64,000 nt of DNA from contig KV454011.1 in the NCBI GenBank assembly GCA_001661245.1, forward strand, positions 348,108-412,107, given 5' to 3'. A program made the translations under genes and the position numbers. The notes under the pieces were generated by a model. The model was given only the letters and a program-made list of their open reading frames with translations, was not told where the DNA came from and did no database searches. This DNA is from Pachysolen tannophilus NRRL Y-2460 (Eukaryota). The number at the start of each line of letters is the position of its first letter. The stretch's first letter is position 1. This document shows, one piece after another, positions 10,543-21,990 of the stretch.

Positions 10543-10553
10543 TGAAAAATTTT
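10543..10553 (+). promoter_or_regulatory. RRPE-like element upstream of DBP8
   Basis: TGAAAAATTTT about 150 bp upstream of a ribosome-biogenesis gene. Confidence 0.55.
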
Positions 10554-10693
10554 TTTAATTAAATTTTTTATATATATATATTTTTTTTTTCACCTCTATC
10601 ATATATATATAATAGTAATAATATATTTATAAATGTTCATTTAGAAGTGGACTAGTGGTAGAAATCGAATAAAGAGGTCTAGAGAGGTTTGAA

Positions 10694-12004
10694 ATGCCCA
10701 AGAGTTTTAGAGATATAGGTTTGCCTTCGTGGTTGGTTGAGAATTTAAATTCTTTAAACATAACACAACCGTCATTAATTCAAGAGAATACTATACCGCC
10801 TATACTTAAAGGTAATGATGTTATTGGGGGAGCAAAGACAGGTTCAGGTAAAACTATAGCTTTTGCAGCTCCGATATTGAGCAAGTGGTCTGAGGATCCT
10901 TTTGGAATATATGGACTTGTACTTACACCAACTAGAGAATTGGCTTTACAAATTGCAGAACAATTTTTAGCCTTGGGTGCTACGATGAATATTAGAGTTT
11001 CAGTTATTGTTGGTGGAGAAGATATTGTTAAACAGGCCATTGAATTGGAGAAAACTCCACATTTTGTTATTGCTACTCCAGGGAGACTTGCAGATCATAT
11101 TTTGAATAGTGGTGAAGATACTATTGCTGGTTTAAGAAGAGTTAAATTTTTAGTGTTGGATGAAGCTGATAGATTATTAAGTAATTCATTCAGCAGTGAT
11201 TTAGATAAAATCTTTAAAATATTACCTCGCTCTGAAAACAGACAAACTTTGTTATATACTGCTACAGTGACAGATGCTGTAAGGGAGTTGAAAAAAAATG
11301 ATAATACCAAGAAACCAGGATTATTCATATATGAGGTGGAAACCGTAGATAAAGTTGCAATTCCATCTACGCTTTCAATAAGTTATATATTTATCCCTTC
11401 ATATGTTAAAGAAAGTTATATACATAGTATTTTGAAATTACCAGAAAATTTAGATAAAACTGCAATTGTATTTGTTAATAGAACTCATACTGCGGAAGTT
11501 TTAAGACGTACATTGAGAAATTTGGAAATAAGAGTAACTTCACTTCATTCGGAAATGCCTCAATCGGAGAGAACTAATTCTTTACATCGTTTTAAAGCAT
11601 CAGCAGCAAAAGTATTGATCGCTACGGATGTTGCATCAAGAGGGTTAGATATCCCACAAGTTGAATTGGTTATAAATTATGATATTCCACAAGACCCTGA
11701 TGATTTTATACATAGAGTTGGTAGAACTGCAAGAGCAGGAAAAAAGGGTGAATCTATAAGTGTTGTCACAGAGAAAGATGTAGAAAGAGTATTAGCTATT
11801 GAAAATAGAATCAATAAGAAAATGGACAAATACGATTTAGTAAACGATGATAAAATCATTAAGGAAAGTCTTACGGTGGTAAGTGCTGCAAAGAGAGAAG
11901 CATTAATGGACATGGAAAAAGAAGGTTTTGGAGAAAGAAAAAAAAATAACAAGAGGAAACATGAAAGTAATGGAAAGAAAAAAAACAAAAAAAAGAACTT
12001 ATAA
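10694..12004 (+). CDS. DBP8: DEAD-box RNA helicase Dbp8 (40S biogenesis)
   Basis: GGAKTGSGKT, KWSEDPFGIYG, PTRELALQI, DEAD, TAT motif III, HRVGRTAR. Confidence 0.95.
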   Translation: MPKSFRDIGLPSWLVENLNSLNITQPSLIQENTIPPILKGNDVIGGAKTGSGKTIAFAAPILSKWSEDPFGIYGLVLTPTRELALQIAEQFLALGATMNIRVSVIVGGEDIVKQAIELEKTPHFVIATPGRLADHILNSGEDTIAGLRRVKFLVLDEADRLLSNSFSSDLDKIFKILPRSENRQTLLYTATVTDAVRELKKNDNTKKPGLFIYEVETVDKVAIPSTLSISYIFIPSYVKESYIHSILKLPENLDKTAIVFVNRTHTAEVLRRTLRNLEIRVTSLHSEMPQSERTNSLHRFKASAAKVLIATDVASRGLDIPQVELVINYDIPQDPDDFIHRVGRTARAGKKGESISVVTEKDVERVLAIENRINKKMDKYDLVNDDKIIKESLTVVSAAKREALMDMEKEGFGERKKNNKRKHESNGKKKNKKKNL

Positions 12005-12075
12005 ATAGACTTGACAGTAATTGAAAGATTTATTTTATATATATATTATTATATTACTATACACTTGTGTAAAGT

Positions 12076-14373
12076 TTAAAATCCTTTTTTCTTTTGTTTT
12101 GTAATATGTGCCCTTAATACCCTTTGCTTATCACGAAGAGACAATTTCGCTTTTCCTTGAACTTGTTTCTTATGGATCATCATAACGAAATTCTTCTTTC
12201 TTGCCTTTTCTCTATTAGTTGTTGAATGGTTCGAACTATCTCTCTTACCTTTCTTTGAGCCAAATTTTTCTCTATCTTCTTTACCTTCTTTAGCATGAGC
12301 AATTCTTTCTTCACGAAGTTGTTTGTATTTAACTGGCCCAACTAAAGAACTTGAATCAACCAGCTCCTCGTTTGCTTGTTTAATACCATTATATTTATTA
12401 GATGTACCCATAAGTTCAGAAATACCAGTTTCGGCTTGAAGTTCCTTTAATTTGGCAAAATCTGCTGGAGTTAAAACCCTTGATGATAAGAATTGAGCTA
12501 ATTGCAGTTCCCTATCCTTTTCTGTCATTGCAGCAGTGATTGATTTCTCTTTATTTATCTTTTGCTTCTTTTTACTTGGTTCACCTTCTACTTCATCCTC
12601 ATCCTCATCTTCAGATGATAAATCAAGATCAGAATCTTCTTCTTCTTTTTCTTTTCCTTCTTTTTGATCATCATCATCATTATCATCGTCATCATCACTG
12701 CTGACATTGTACTCCTTATCAGAGTCAACAGTGACCCACTCACCTTCAATCTCTTCATCTTCACTTTGTCCTTCTTGGACTTCCCAATTACCTAAATCTT
12801 CTTCATTTTCACTATTATCAAGACCTTGTTCTTTTCTCCATTTATCCAATAATTCTAAACCTGGGATAGTTGTAACAGTGTTTGTATCAACACCAAATTG
12901 TAATCTTGAACTATGCGGTATTTCATCTTTTTGTAATTTAATTGAAGCAGTTTTACCACGATCTTTTTTCAAAAGCATTTCTGGAGCAACTTCTCTATAA
13001 AGGGAAATTAAAGATCTAGCAGCCATCATTACTGATTTTGCCTTTGAATCCTTATATTCAGTTAAATCTTGTAATAAAGTAGAATCAATAGCTAAAGGTG
13101 CTCTAGTTAAAATTTCTCTTATAGTATTAATACCTGCAGATGCAACTTCTGAGGCAACACCATCACTTACAAATTCATCTGCAATTTTTTTAACAACCAT
13201 ATTAATAGATTCAGGTGGAACCAAATCATGAGAAGCTTGAGCTGCTGATGCCATTATTTGAGTAACATCTTTTTGCTTTGGAATTAAATATTTCAAGAAA
13301 AAAGAATAAATTCCCAAGACTGTTAATTTATGAGTACCAATTAATCTAGATATTAAATTCATTAATAAAATTTTTTGTTCTAAATCAAATTTATGAGAAT
13401 TTTTTTTATTAGAAAGATGATTTTCAAAAAGTGATTCAGCAAAACCTTGAGGATCTCTTAATAAATGAATAGCTGAAAAATTTAAATATGATGTAGATTT
13501 ATTTAATTTCAGCAGTTTTTTTTTCTTTAAAGTTTTAGCAGCTTGTTCAAATTTCTTACCTCTTTTACTTGAAAATTTATTTATTTGTAATTTATGTCTT
13601 AAAGCATTTAAATCAACACCTTCATCTTCATCACTTGAATTTTCTTCAAAATTTTCATCTCTTTCTTTATCTGCACCCAAGAAAAATCTTACACCAGCCA
13701 TACAAACTTTTACATCTTGATGTAATGAAGCTTGAGTCATAATTTCAACAGTTCTTGAATCATCCCATATACCTCTTCTCCATAATTCTCTAGTTAACTT
13801 TGTTGCCCATAAACCTTGAGAATTGTTTGAATTTTCTTCTAATAAATTAAATAATAATGCCTGAGTTGATCTATTTAATTTTTGATTCTTTGTACCAGTA
13901 TTAGTAGATTTTAATAAAGAAATTAAAGTACTATAGATTTGCCTTCTTAAAATTTTTGAATTTTGTATAGATTCTTGAGTTAAAAGTGGGAAAATTGTTT
14001 GAATTAATAATTCAGCAGAAATTACTTTCTTATTACGAAGTGTAGTTAAACATTGTATAATTTTTTCTCTTAATTCAACAGTTAAATCTCTATGATTATT
14101 TGTTAAAATATTAATCAAATCATTTGGAAAATTCGCAGTCTCCTCACCATAACACGTTGAAACTGCTGTTAAAAACCCAATCAAGTCTTGAAAATCATTC
14201 AATGATTCAGCATTTGAAGATGCTGGATTCAATAAAAAAATATCTCTTAATGATTCATAATGAGCATACTGTTGTAAAAATTCTTCATGATAAGACTCTG
14301 GATCACGACGCACCACATTCTGCAACAATATAATATTGGTAGGCAATATAGCCGCTCTCCTTAACTTTCCCAT
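12076..14373 (-). CDS. SDA1: Sda1, 60S biogenesis factor
   Basis: [51 protein letters not shown]. Confidence 0.97.
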   Translation of the reverse strand: MGKLRRAAILPTNIILLQNVVRRDPESYHEEFLQQYAHYESLRDIFLLNPASSNAESLNDFQDLIGFLTAVSTCYGEETANFPNDLINILTNNHRDLTVELREKIIQCLTTLRNKKVISAELLIQTIFPLLTQESIQNSKILRRQIYSTLISLLKSTNTGTKNQKLNRSTQALLFNLLEENSNNSQGLWATKLTRELWRRGIWDDSRTVEIMTQASLHQDVKVCMAGVRFFLGADKERDENFEENSSDEDEGVDLNALRHKLQINKFSSKRGKKFEQAAKTLKKKKLLKLNKSTSYLNFSAIHLLRDPQGFAESLFENHLSNKKNSHKFDLEQKILLMNLISRLIGTHKLTVLGIYSFFLKYLIPKQKDVTQIMASAAQASHDLVPPESINMVVKKIADEFVSDGVASEVASAGINTIREILTRAPLAIDSTLLQDLTEYKDSKAKSVMMAARSLISLYREVAPEMLLKKDRGKTASIKLQKDEIPHSSRLQFGVDTNTVTTIPGLELLDKWRKEQGLDNSENEEDLGNWEVQEGQSEDEEIEGEWVTVDSDKEYNVSSDDDDDNDDDDQKEGKEKEEEDSDLDLSSEDEDEDEVEGEPSKKKQKINKEKSITAAMTEKDRELQLAQFLSSRVLTPADFAKLKELQAETGISELMGTSNKYNGIKQANEELVDSSSLVGPVKYKQLREERIAHAKEGKEDREKFGSKKGKRDSSNHSTTNREKARKKNFVMMIHKKQVQGKAKLSLRDKQRVLRAHITKQKKKGF

Positions 14374-14519
14374 AACCCCAAATCTTTTCTTTTATTATTA
14401 TAAGTCTGCTATGAATTAAAACCTCTATTCCAGAAATTCAAAATTCAATTAATTAAATAACTTAACCTGTTATATATATATATATATATATATATAACAT
14501 AGAATCTATACTATTTTAT

Positions 14520-14539
14520 CTCATCTGCAGGAAAATTTT
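14520..14539 (-). promoter_or_regulatory. PAC-like (GATGAG) plus RRPE-like element upstream of SDA1
   Basis: + strand CTCATC followed by GAAAATTTT, next to the gap. Confidence 0.45.
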
Positions 14540-15159
14540 NNNNNNNNNNNNNNNNNNNNNNNNNNNNNNNNNNNNNNNNNNNNNNNNNNNNNNNNNNNNN
14601 NNNNNNNNNNNNNNNNNNNNNNNNNNNNNNNNNNNNNNNNNNNNNNNNNNNNNNNNNNNNNNNNNNNNNNNNNNNNNNNNNNNNNNNNNNNNNNNNNNNN
14701 NNNNNNNNNNNNNNNNNNNNNNNNNNNNNNNNNNNNNNNNNNNNNNNNNNNNNNNNNNNNNNNNNNNNNNNNNNNNNNNNNNNNNNNNNNNNNNNNNNNN
14801 NNNNNNNNNNNNNNNNNNNNNNNNNNNNNNNNNNNNNNNNNNNNNNNNNNNNNNNNNNNNNNNNNNNNNNNNNNNNNNNNNNNNNNNNNNNNNNNNNNNN
14901 NNNNNNNNNNNNNNNNNNNNNNNNNNNNNNNNNNNNNNNNNNNNNNNNNNNNNNNNNNNNNNNNNNNNNNNNNNNNNNNNNNNNNNNNNNNNNNNNNNNN
15001 NNNNNNNNNNNNNNNNNNNNNNNNNNNNNNNNNNNNNNNNNNNNNNNNNNNNNNNNNNNNNNNNNNNNNNNNNNNNNNNNNNNNNNNNNNNNNNNNNNNN
15101 NNNNNNNNNNNNNNNNNNNNNNNNNNNNNNNNNNNNNNNNNNNNNNNNNNNNNNNNNNN
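14540..15159. other. Assembly gap (620 N)
   Basis: Run of N flanked by a poly-A tract on the right. Confidence 1.
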
Positions 15160-15546
15160 AAAAAAAAAAAAAAAAAAAAAAAAAATTTTTTTAAAGAAAA
15201 ACTTTTGGTCGTGCGCTCAAGCCTAAACAATTTTAATTTTTTTTCAGTTTACAAAGTAGTGTGTGAAAATCCCAATTTATAAATTTTTAAAAACAGTAGT
15301 GTTATATAAATCAATTATTATAAATTGAACAAGGGCTGCTGATGATTAAGATATCAAAAAAAAATATATTGAGGGCTGGCGCTAAAGTGCTGTTTTTTTC
15401 TTTTGTTTACATTTTTGGAGCGGGAATAAGAAATCAAGACGTAAACATAACTATATAACATTAAATCAAGACTACAAGAACAAGTACAAGTACAAGAACA
15501 TAGACAAACGGATTGTTTTTCTTTTTTTTTTTTTTTTGACTCAAGA

Positions 15547-18049
15547 ATGAGTTATAGTAACCAGGAGGTAAGTTTCTTTTTTGATTTATTTCTTTTTTGA
15601 CATTTTATTGTTGCTAACATGAGAACATATATATTTAAAGACGGAGCATGAGGTAATACTCTTGGCCAATTCAATCAACAACGATGAGATAGTTTCCCAG
15701 GCGGTTAATAATTGGGCCTTATCATCTTCAAATAATCCCAATAAAGTTAAATGTTATCCTTTAGCCAATATACATGACTTGAAAATTCAAGAAGCGCTCA
15801 TTATAAAAGATTTGTTATACGTATTTATTGGATTAGAAGGTTATTATATAAGATATAGTGAACATTTTGATCCAACAAAAAATAATCATCAAATTTTAGG
15901 TCCAGATTATAAGATTGCCAAAAGTTTGGATCCAAGTTTAAAAGATATTGCTAAAAGATTAATTAAATGTGGTAAAATTTTTTACAGTTTAAATAAATTT
16001 ATTGAAAAATATGAAATTTTAAAATTTGGTAAAATTTGTCAAGCTTTTTGTTTTGAAATTAAAAAAATTATTAAAAATTATTTGACATTTATTAATTCCA
16101 TAGAATATAATTTTAATTTCTTGAATAATTATTCTTTAAGAATTTTAGAACAAGATATTTTGAATAGTAAAATATTTATGGAAATAACACATATTTATGA
16201 GATTGTATTATTTATTTTTAAAGAAAATGAAAAAAGACAACAAGAATTAAATAATAATTTTACAAATCTTATTGAAAATATTAAAAAAGATTTAAAAGAA
16301 ACTGGATCAATCGATTTATATTCGGATTCTTCAAATAGTAAAATAGTTAAAGGTGGATTAATTTTAAAATTATTACAAATTAGAATAGAAAATTTTAAAG
16401 GAGATCCTAAATCTTTTAAATTTTTAATTGGAATTTTTAACTCAATAAGTGAAAGTTATGTTAAAATGTTAAATGATTGGCTATGGAAAGGTGAAATCAA
16501 TAATGATGCTTATGATGAATTTTTAATAAAACAGAATAATTCTGGGAATAACAATACTTATAACATTGATGATAATGAATCATTGATTTGCCTTTCTGAA
16601 AATTATTGGAATAATAAATTTCAATTCAGAAAAGAAGGATTATTAAAACAATTTGATAATAGAGAAATTCAATATAAAATTTTACTTACTGGTAAATATT
16701 TAAATATTTTAAAAGAATGTGGAATAACTATAAATAATAATATAAATGATACAGAAATTGGTCAAATTAAAAATTTATATAATAATGATTTATATTTACA
16801 AATTGAAACAGCATTTAAAAGATCAAATAAATTAATCATAGATTTATATTTAAAAGGATATAATTTTAAATCAATTTTACAAAATTTGAAAAGAATTTAT
16901 TTAATTGATAACAATTATAATTTTAATAATTTTTTAACTTTATCGATAAATGATTTAAAGAAAAATAGAAATAATGTTTCATTAACAAAATTAATTAGAA
17001 ATTTTGAAAAAACATATTATTTAAATGATGATGAAATTTTGAATTTTAAATCAAACCCAGATATGAAAACTAGAAATTTAATGTTTAATCTATTGAATTT
17101 GACAATAAAATCAGAAAATTTATATGATTATTTATTGGAAATTTTAAATGTCCAACCTATTGATGCTGATGAAGCATTATCCTCATCAAATGTACAAAGT
17201 TTGAAAAACTTGTTAAATAAAACATTAGAACTGGAAAGAGAAAGAAAACAATCGGGATCATCATCACTCAACAAAATTGATGATTATGTTATAAATGGTA
17301 TCGATTTTGAAATAGTGATACCATTTCCTATAAATTTAATGATTACACAAACTTTTATAACTCAATATCAATTAATTTCAAGACACTTAATAATAGTGAT
17401 GTTTATTGATAAATTATTAGAAAATTCTTGGAGAGAGATAAATTTTCAAAAAATATGGGTTTATAAATTTAAAAATAAAAAATTATCCAAATGGATCTTA
17501 AAGGCAAGATCTTTACATAGTAAGATGAAAAATTTTATCAAGATTTTCCAATTTTATTTAATTAATGATACCATTGAAAATAATTGGATATTATTCGAAA
17601 ACTTTTTGGATAAATATATTGATAACGAAGATGGCTATGAAGTAAATAATGAAGAATTTTTGGAATTTGAGAAAATTTATTTGAATCTTCAATCATTCTT
17701 AAGTACCCTGTTGCAAAGCTCTATATTGACCACCGAAAAATTGATAAATATTTTTACAAAATTATTTTCTATAATAATTTTGTATACAAATTTTTTAAGT
17801 TCTCTTCGAAAGACATTGATATTATTTGATGAAGATTTATTCAACAAATATAATATTAACAAAAGTAAAACTTTTAACGATAATTTCAAAAATTTGGAAA
17901 GGTTTAAAAAATTAAATCATACTTTAAAGAATTATGAAGAAAATTTTAACGATGTCTTAGAAAACTTTATACAAGGTTTAAGGTATTACGGTGAATTGGA
18001 ATGCTCTGGGTTTTTAATATTAGCTGAAAGGTTAGAGATGTTTGGTTAG
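15547..18049 (+). CDS. SPC97: Gamma-tubulin complex component Spc97/GCP2; exon 1 15547-15567, intron 15568-15640, exon 2 15641-18049
   Basis: QEALIIKDLLYVFIGLEGYYI, DEFLI, KILLTGKYLNILKECG, IPFPINL GCP motifs. Phase-0 intron GTAAGT...TGCTAAC...AAG joins MSYSNQE in frame to the long ORF, which otherwise has no early ATG. Confidence 0.88.
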
Positions 18050-18154
18050 AAAGGTATGTAAATTAGCATGTATATTATTCTTCGTCATTAGCTTTAAATT
18101 CTTTAATTATACTCATTAACTTTTAATTTTCTATGTACAAGCTTGAAAACAACT

Positions 18155-19903
18155 TCAATTATTTTTTCCTGAAATTTCCGCCATTAACTCTACAATAGCT
18201 TCTACATTTTCCAGCTTCATTGCACAACAAGGTGCTAATTTACATTTTAATTGCAACTCATTAGCAGTAAAATTTTGTAAAGCTTTGAAATTTTTTTCAG
18301 ATCCTTCTAAATCTGCTTTTGTGCCGACAATTAAAATTCTCTTACCTTCTAATCTTTTTGGTCCTAATTCTTTAAGTAAAATTTTCAAATCCAGTATTGG
18401 ATCATTTTCCAACGATATCACGAAAACTAATCCACCAGACCTTTCAATATGTCTTAAAAATTTCAATCCTAAACCTTTATCCAATGAAGCCTCTTCAATT
18501 ATTCCAGGAATATCTGCTACAGTAAAAGAATTTTTATATACCAAGCTTTTGGAAACAATTGTCCCTATAATTGGTTGTAATGTAGTAAATTTCCAGTGTC
18601 CAACTTTAGAACGTTTATTAGATATCGCATTCAATAAAGTAGACTTACCAGAATTTGGTAATCCTACTAATCCTAAGTCTGCTAATAATTTCAACTCAAA
18701 TAAGAAATTAGCTTCAATAGAATTTCTGCCCATCTTTGCAAATCTAGGGTTTCTTATATCTGGAGTTAAAAAATGCATATTACCCATACCACCCCTTCCT
18801 CCTCTCAAAAGCAAAACAGGTTCTTTTGTAGGCTTAGAAAGATCGATGCCTTCCAAGGGGAAAATATCATTGACTAATTCATCATTGTATTGTTCTTGAT
18901 CGTATACTTTTATCTTTTTCAGTAATTTTTGGAAAAAATCTCTTGTAAGATGATATTCTTCATCTTTATCTTTAAATAGCCATCCTTTCCCAACCTCATA
19001 ACTCTTTCTGAAAAATTGGATAAATCTAGGTCTGACATCTCCTCTAAAACTTCCAATACACTTGGCAACCACTGCAGCTTGCTTTGCTGTAAAACTTAGT
19101 TGTTTTAAACGATTAATATCGGGATACCATTTAATAACTGTCCCAACAGGTACAGTTATAATTACATCATCCCCATTTTTCCCATCTAGTTGATTTTTTT
19201 GCCCACTAGAACCATCTCCAGCAACATACTTTGTTTTCAATTTATGTAAAGAATTTATTCCTTCAACGGCCTGAACATAAATGTTACCACCACTACCACC
19301 ATCCCCTCCATTAGGTGGACCTCTTGATCTGTTTGCTTCTCTCAAAAATGACACAGCACCATTACCACCTTTCCCAGATCTCATCTTTATAAATTTCAAA
19401 TCTTGGAAAGTCTTATTTTGAGTATTACCAAACAGTAACGATGGAGTCAAGAAATCTGATGACTGCATTGCAATCTTAAAATAAGGAGAACTAGATGATT
19501 TTGGTGTTGATAAAACTTTATATGCCAGATCCAACTTATCAGTATCATCAACTTCGTCTAATTCATATTCAATGGTTCCATTAACAATTCCTTGATATTG
19601 TTCCTCTTCTTCTTCAATAATATAGTATGTTTCATTTTCGTCCCCTTTACGATCCAAATTAGACCTATCTATTTTCAAAGAATTCCTACCCAACTTCCTG
19701 AGCCAGTCATTATTTTCTTCCAAAGTTGGAGCATTATCGGGCAGTTCTAATATATCTTCATCTTTATATTGAAATAATCGCACCCTACTAGTGGTGAAAA
19801 ATTTGGGATAGTAACTGTTCAAACAATTCAACCCATTAAAATGCGGCATAAACCGTAATGACAACAGAAATCTGCCGTACGCAGATGGCTTATATTTAAT
19901 CAT
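18155..19903 (-). CDS. MTG2: Mitochondrial Obg-family GTPase
   Basis: Gly-rich Obg fold (SGKGGNGAVSF, GPPNGGDGGSGG), GLVGLPNSGKST, FTTL, DIPG, TKAD; mitochondrial-type N-terminus. Confidence 0.93.
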   Translation of the reverse strand: MIKYKPSAYGRFLLSLRFMPHFNGLNCLNSYYPKFFTTSRVRLFQYKDEDILELPDNAPTLEENNDWLRKLGRNSLKIDRSNLDRKGDENETYYIIEEEEEQYQGIVNGTIEYELDEVDDTDKLDLAYKVLSTPKSSSSPYFKIAMQSSDFLTPSLLFGNTQNKTFQDLKFIKMRSGKGGNGAVSFLREANRSRGPPNGGDGGSGGNIYVQAVEGINSLHKLKTKYVAGDGSSGQKNQLDGKNGDDVIITVPVGTVIKWYPDINRLKQLSFTAKQAAVVAKCIGSFRGDVRPRFIQFFRKSYEVGKGWLFKDKDEEYHLTRDFFQKLLKKIKVYDQEQYNDELVNDIFPLEGIDLSKPTKEPVLLLRGGRGGMGNMHFLTPDIRNPRFAKMGRNSIEANFLFELKLLADLGLVGLPNSGKSTLLNAISNKRSKVGHWKFTTLQPIIGTIVSKSLVYKNSFTVADIPGIIEEASLDKGLGLKFLRHIERSGGLVFVISLENDPILDLKILLKELGPKRLEGKRILIVGTKADLEGSEKNFKALQNFTANELQLKCKLAPCCAMKLENVEAIVELMAEISGKNN

Positions 19904-20090
19904 AAGTCATATATATATATATATATGAGAAATATCTGAAAAAAAAATGACCTCCTTAACACCTCAGTAAGTCCATAAATACCTCTCTGTATATATACTA
20001 AGTTTTGGTTAACGGTTAGCTCATCGTGGTTAAGTGAAAAATTTTGAGGTACTAAAGATTTTTGTGTGAAAAAAAAAAAAAAAAATAGGA

Positions 20091-20162
20091 AGCTCGCACT
20101 CAGACTCGAACTAAGGACCAACAGATTTGCAATCTGCTGCGCTACCACTGCGCCATACGAGC
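20091..20162 (-). tRNA. tRNA-Cys (GCA), intronless
   Basis: The - strand reads GCTCGTATGGCGCAGTGGTAGCGCAGCAGATTGCAAATCTGTTGGTCCTTAGTTCGAGTCTGAGTGCGAGCT: cloverleaf, A/B boxes, downstream oligo-T terminator. Confidence 0.98.
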
Positions 20163-20369
20163 TTACACATTAACAGGCTGCGGCAGATTGTTGGACTTGA
20201 TGTTCCTTGAGAGGAAAAATAAAGATGAGTTTACAAAGTAACTAGTAATTTATCATTTTTACTATTAAGTTAGTAACTGAAGTTCAATCGAATGTCTAAT
20301 TTACAATGTTATTACTTTATTATCCTAAATATCATATTTATCCTTTTAAAAAATGGAAACCAGTACCAA

Positions 20370-21710
20370 TCAATCAATATTGTACACTAATTTTTTCTTG
20401 TTCATGCAGGACTCGCTAAATCCTAGTTTAGTCCAATCTCTATGGTTATTAGGTCTATATAAAACTGGTGGTTTGCAAGCTTGCAGCATAACTCTATTTA
20501 ATTCTTCGTTATCATTTGTCTCGGTAAGTTGAGTAGCATCGAGGCTAAATTGTTTCGAGCTCATTTCGTATTCTTTCATGATCCATTTTAATAAATTCAC
20601 AGAAGTGATTCTATCGTAAGGGCAAATTGTTATAGGTTGACTTATCACTATGTTATTATTTTTACCTGCCATTTTGATTTTGATAACTAATTCATAATAA
20701 ATTGAAAACAATTTACCAATTGAAGTGAAACCTTGACTATCATGAGAAATAGGTGTTCCTGAGTGAATATCGTTTATAATTTTTGATGGAAGAATTTCAA
20801 AATTCGAAGAAGGTTCATTTAAATTTAATTTTGAAGTAATTGGTGTTGTTGACATTTCCAACATGTTGTTTTCCATGGGACAAACCAATGATAACTGCGT
20901 TGCAAAACCTTGAGAAGGTATAACTAGATCTTCAAAATCTTGAATTTCGGAAATTAATGTCAGCTCCTGGTTATGTAATCCACCTTCATGACATTCCAAT
21001 ATCTCTTTTAATTCAACTGTGATTTTTTTTAACTTGAGTTTTTTCAGCTTTTTCAAAATAGAATCTGGTCCTGGATTAATCGTACAAATTTTCAAATATA
21101 TTATCAAATCATCTTTTGGGCCTATACTTAAATTAGGAATTGAATACTCACATAGTACTTGAGTACTAGTACTATCAACTGTTCTTGTAATTGGCTCGTT
21201 AAACTGCCGATACAAAGGTAAAGTATCGTATTTTTTAATTTGAATTGGGAACTTAACTGTCACCACTTCTAAATTGTTACTGTTGGTCTTTGAGTGATAA
21301 GTAATTAAAGCAGATAAATTATGCTGATTTGACAGATCCCATCTTGGAAACCTACTAGAAGATATAATATCTTTACCTAATGAAATTATAAAGGGTAAAT
21401 CCATACCCAAAATTTCTTCATTCATATTTGAAGATCCAGCAACAGAAGAATAATGAAGATTTTCATACATTCGATAAGTTCTTGAAGCATCATTCGACCC
21501 TAATTTTGATGATGAAGGAACAGCAACGTGTTGTATAGTATTCAATTGCAAAATAATTGTGTGTATTCTAAATGGTACTGTTCCATTTCTTGACCTGATT
21601 TCTAGAACACCTTCTAATCGAGGAAAAGTCTTTGGAACACCAGGAGAACCTCTCACTATAGGTTTATTCGAAGGCCTTAATCCAGCTGTAAACGGCAGCA
21701 AGACAGGCAT
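20370..21710 (-). CDS. Arrestin-fold-like protein, possibly Rgl1/S. pombe Art1-like (Rho1 GEF cofactor)
   Basis: N-terminal VRGSPGV..TFPRLEGVLEIRS and KKYDTLPLYRQFN motifs recalled from that family; beta-sandwich character. Confidence 0.5.
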   Translation of the reverse strand: MPVLLPFTAGLRPSNKPIVRGSPGVPKTFPRLEGVLEIRSRNGTVPFRIHTIILQLNTIQHVAVPSSSKLGSNDASRTYRMYENLHYSSVAGSSNMNEEILGMDLPFIISLGKDIISSSRFPRWDLSNQHNLSALITYHSKTNSNNLEVVTVKFPIQIKKYDTLPLYRQFNEPITRTVDSTSTQVLCEYSIPNLSIGPKDDLIIYLKICTINPGPDSILKKLKKLKLKKITVELKEILECHEGGLHNQELTLISEIQDFEDLVIPSQGFATQLSLVCPMENNMLEMSTTPITSKLNLNEPSSNFEILPSKIINDIHSGTPISHDSQGFTSIGKLFSIYYELVIKIKMAGKNNNIVISQPITICPYDRITSVNLLKWIMKEYEMSSKQFSLDATQLTETNDNEELNRVMLQACKPPVLYRPNNHRDWTKLGFSESCMNKKKLVYNID

Positions 21711-21990
21711 CTCTTCAAAGTAAAATACGTTTCCAGTCTATTGAATAAAATAAATTAAATAATAATAGCGATATATTGAGTATTATTGTTTTATTAAAAG
21801 CACGTAAACAGAAAAGATTAAAAATTTCGTGAAGATTACAACAAAGAAAACATTCGGAGTTAACTAAATAATACTAAATAGACGAAATGCTATTTAAACA
21901 AAAAGAAGAAGAAGAATTAAAAAATATTAAAGCCAAGAAGATGTTGAGAATAGTTAAATGTAATTAATTCGAGTGAAAAGTTATCTTGCT

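Noticed and set aside
14511..15230. 239-aa ORF in the track
   Set aside because: Artefact of translating the N gap and poly-A.
18285..18899. Long antisense ORFs (this 204-aa one, 33924-34418, 56447-56759 and others)
   Set aside because: Shadows of real coding strands or repeats, with no protein motifs.
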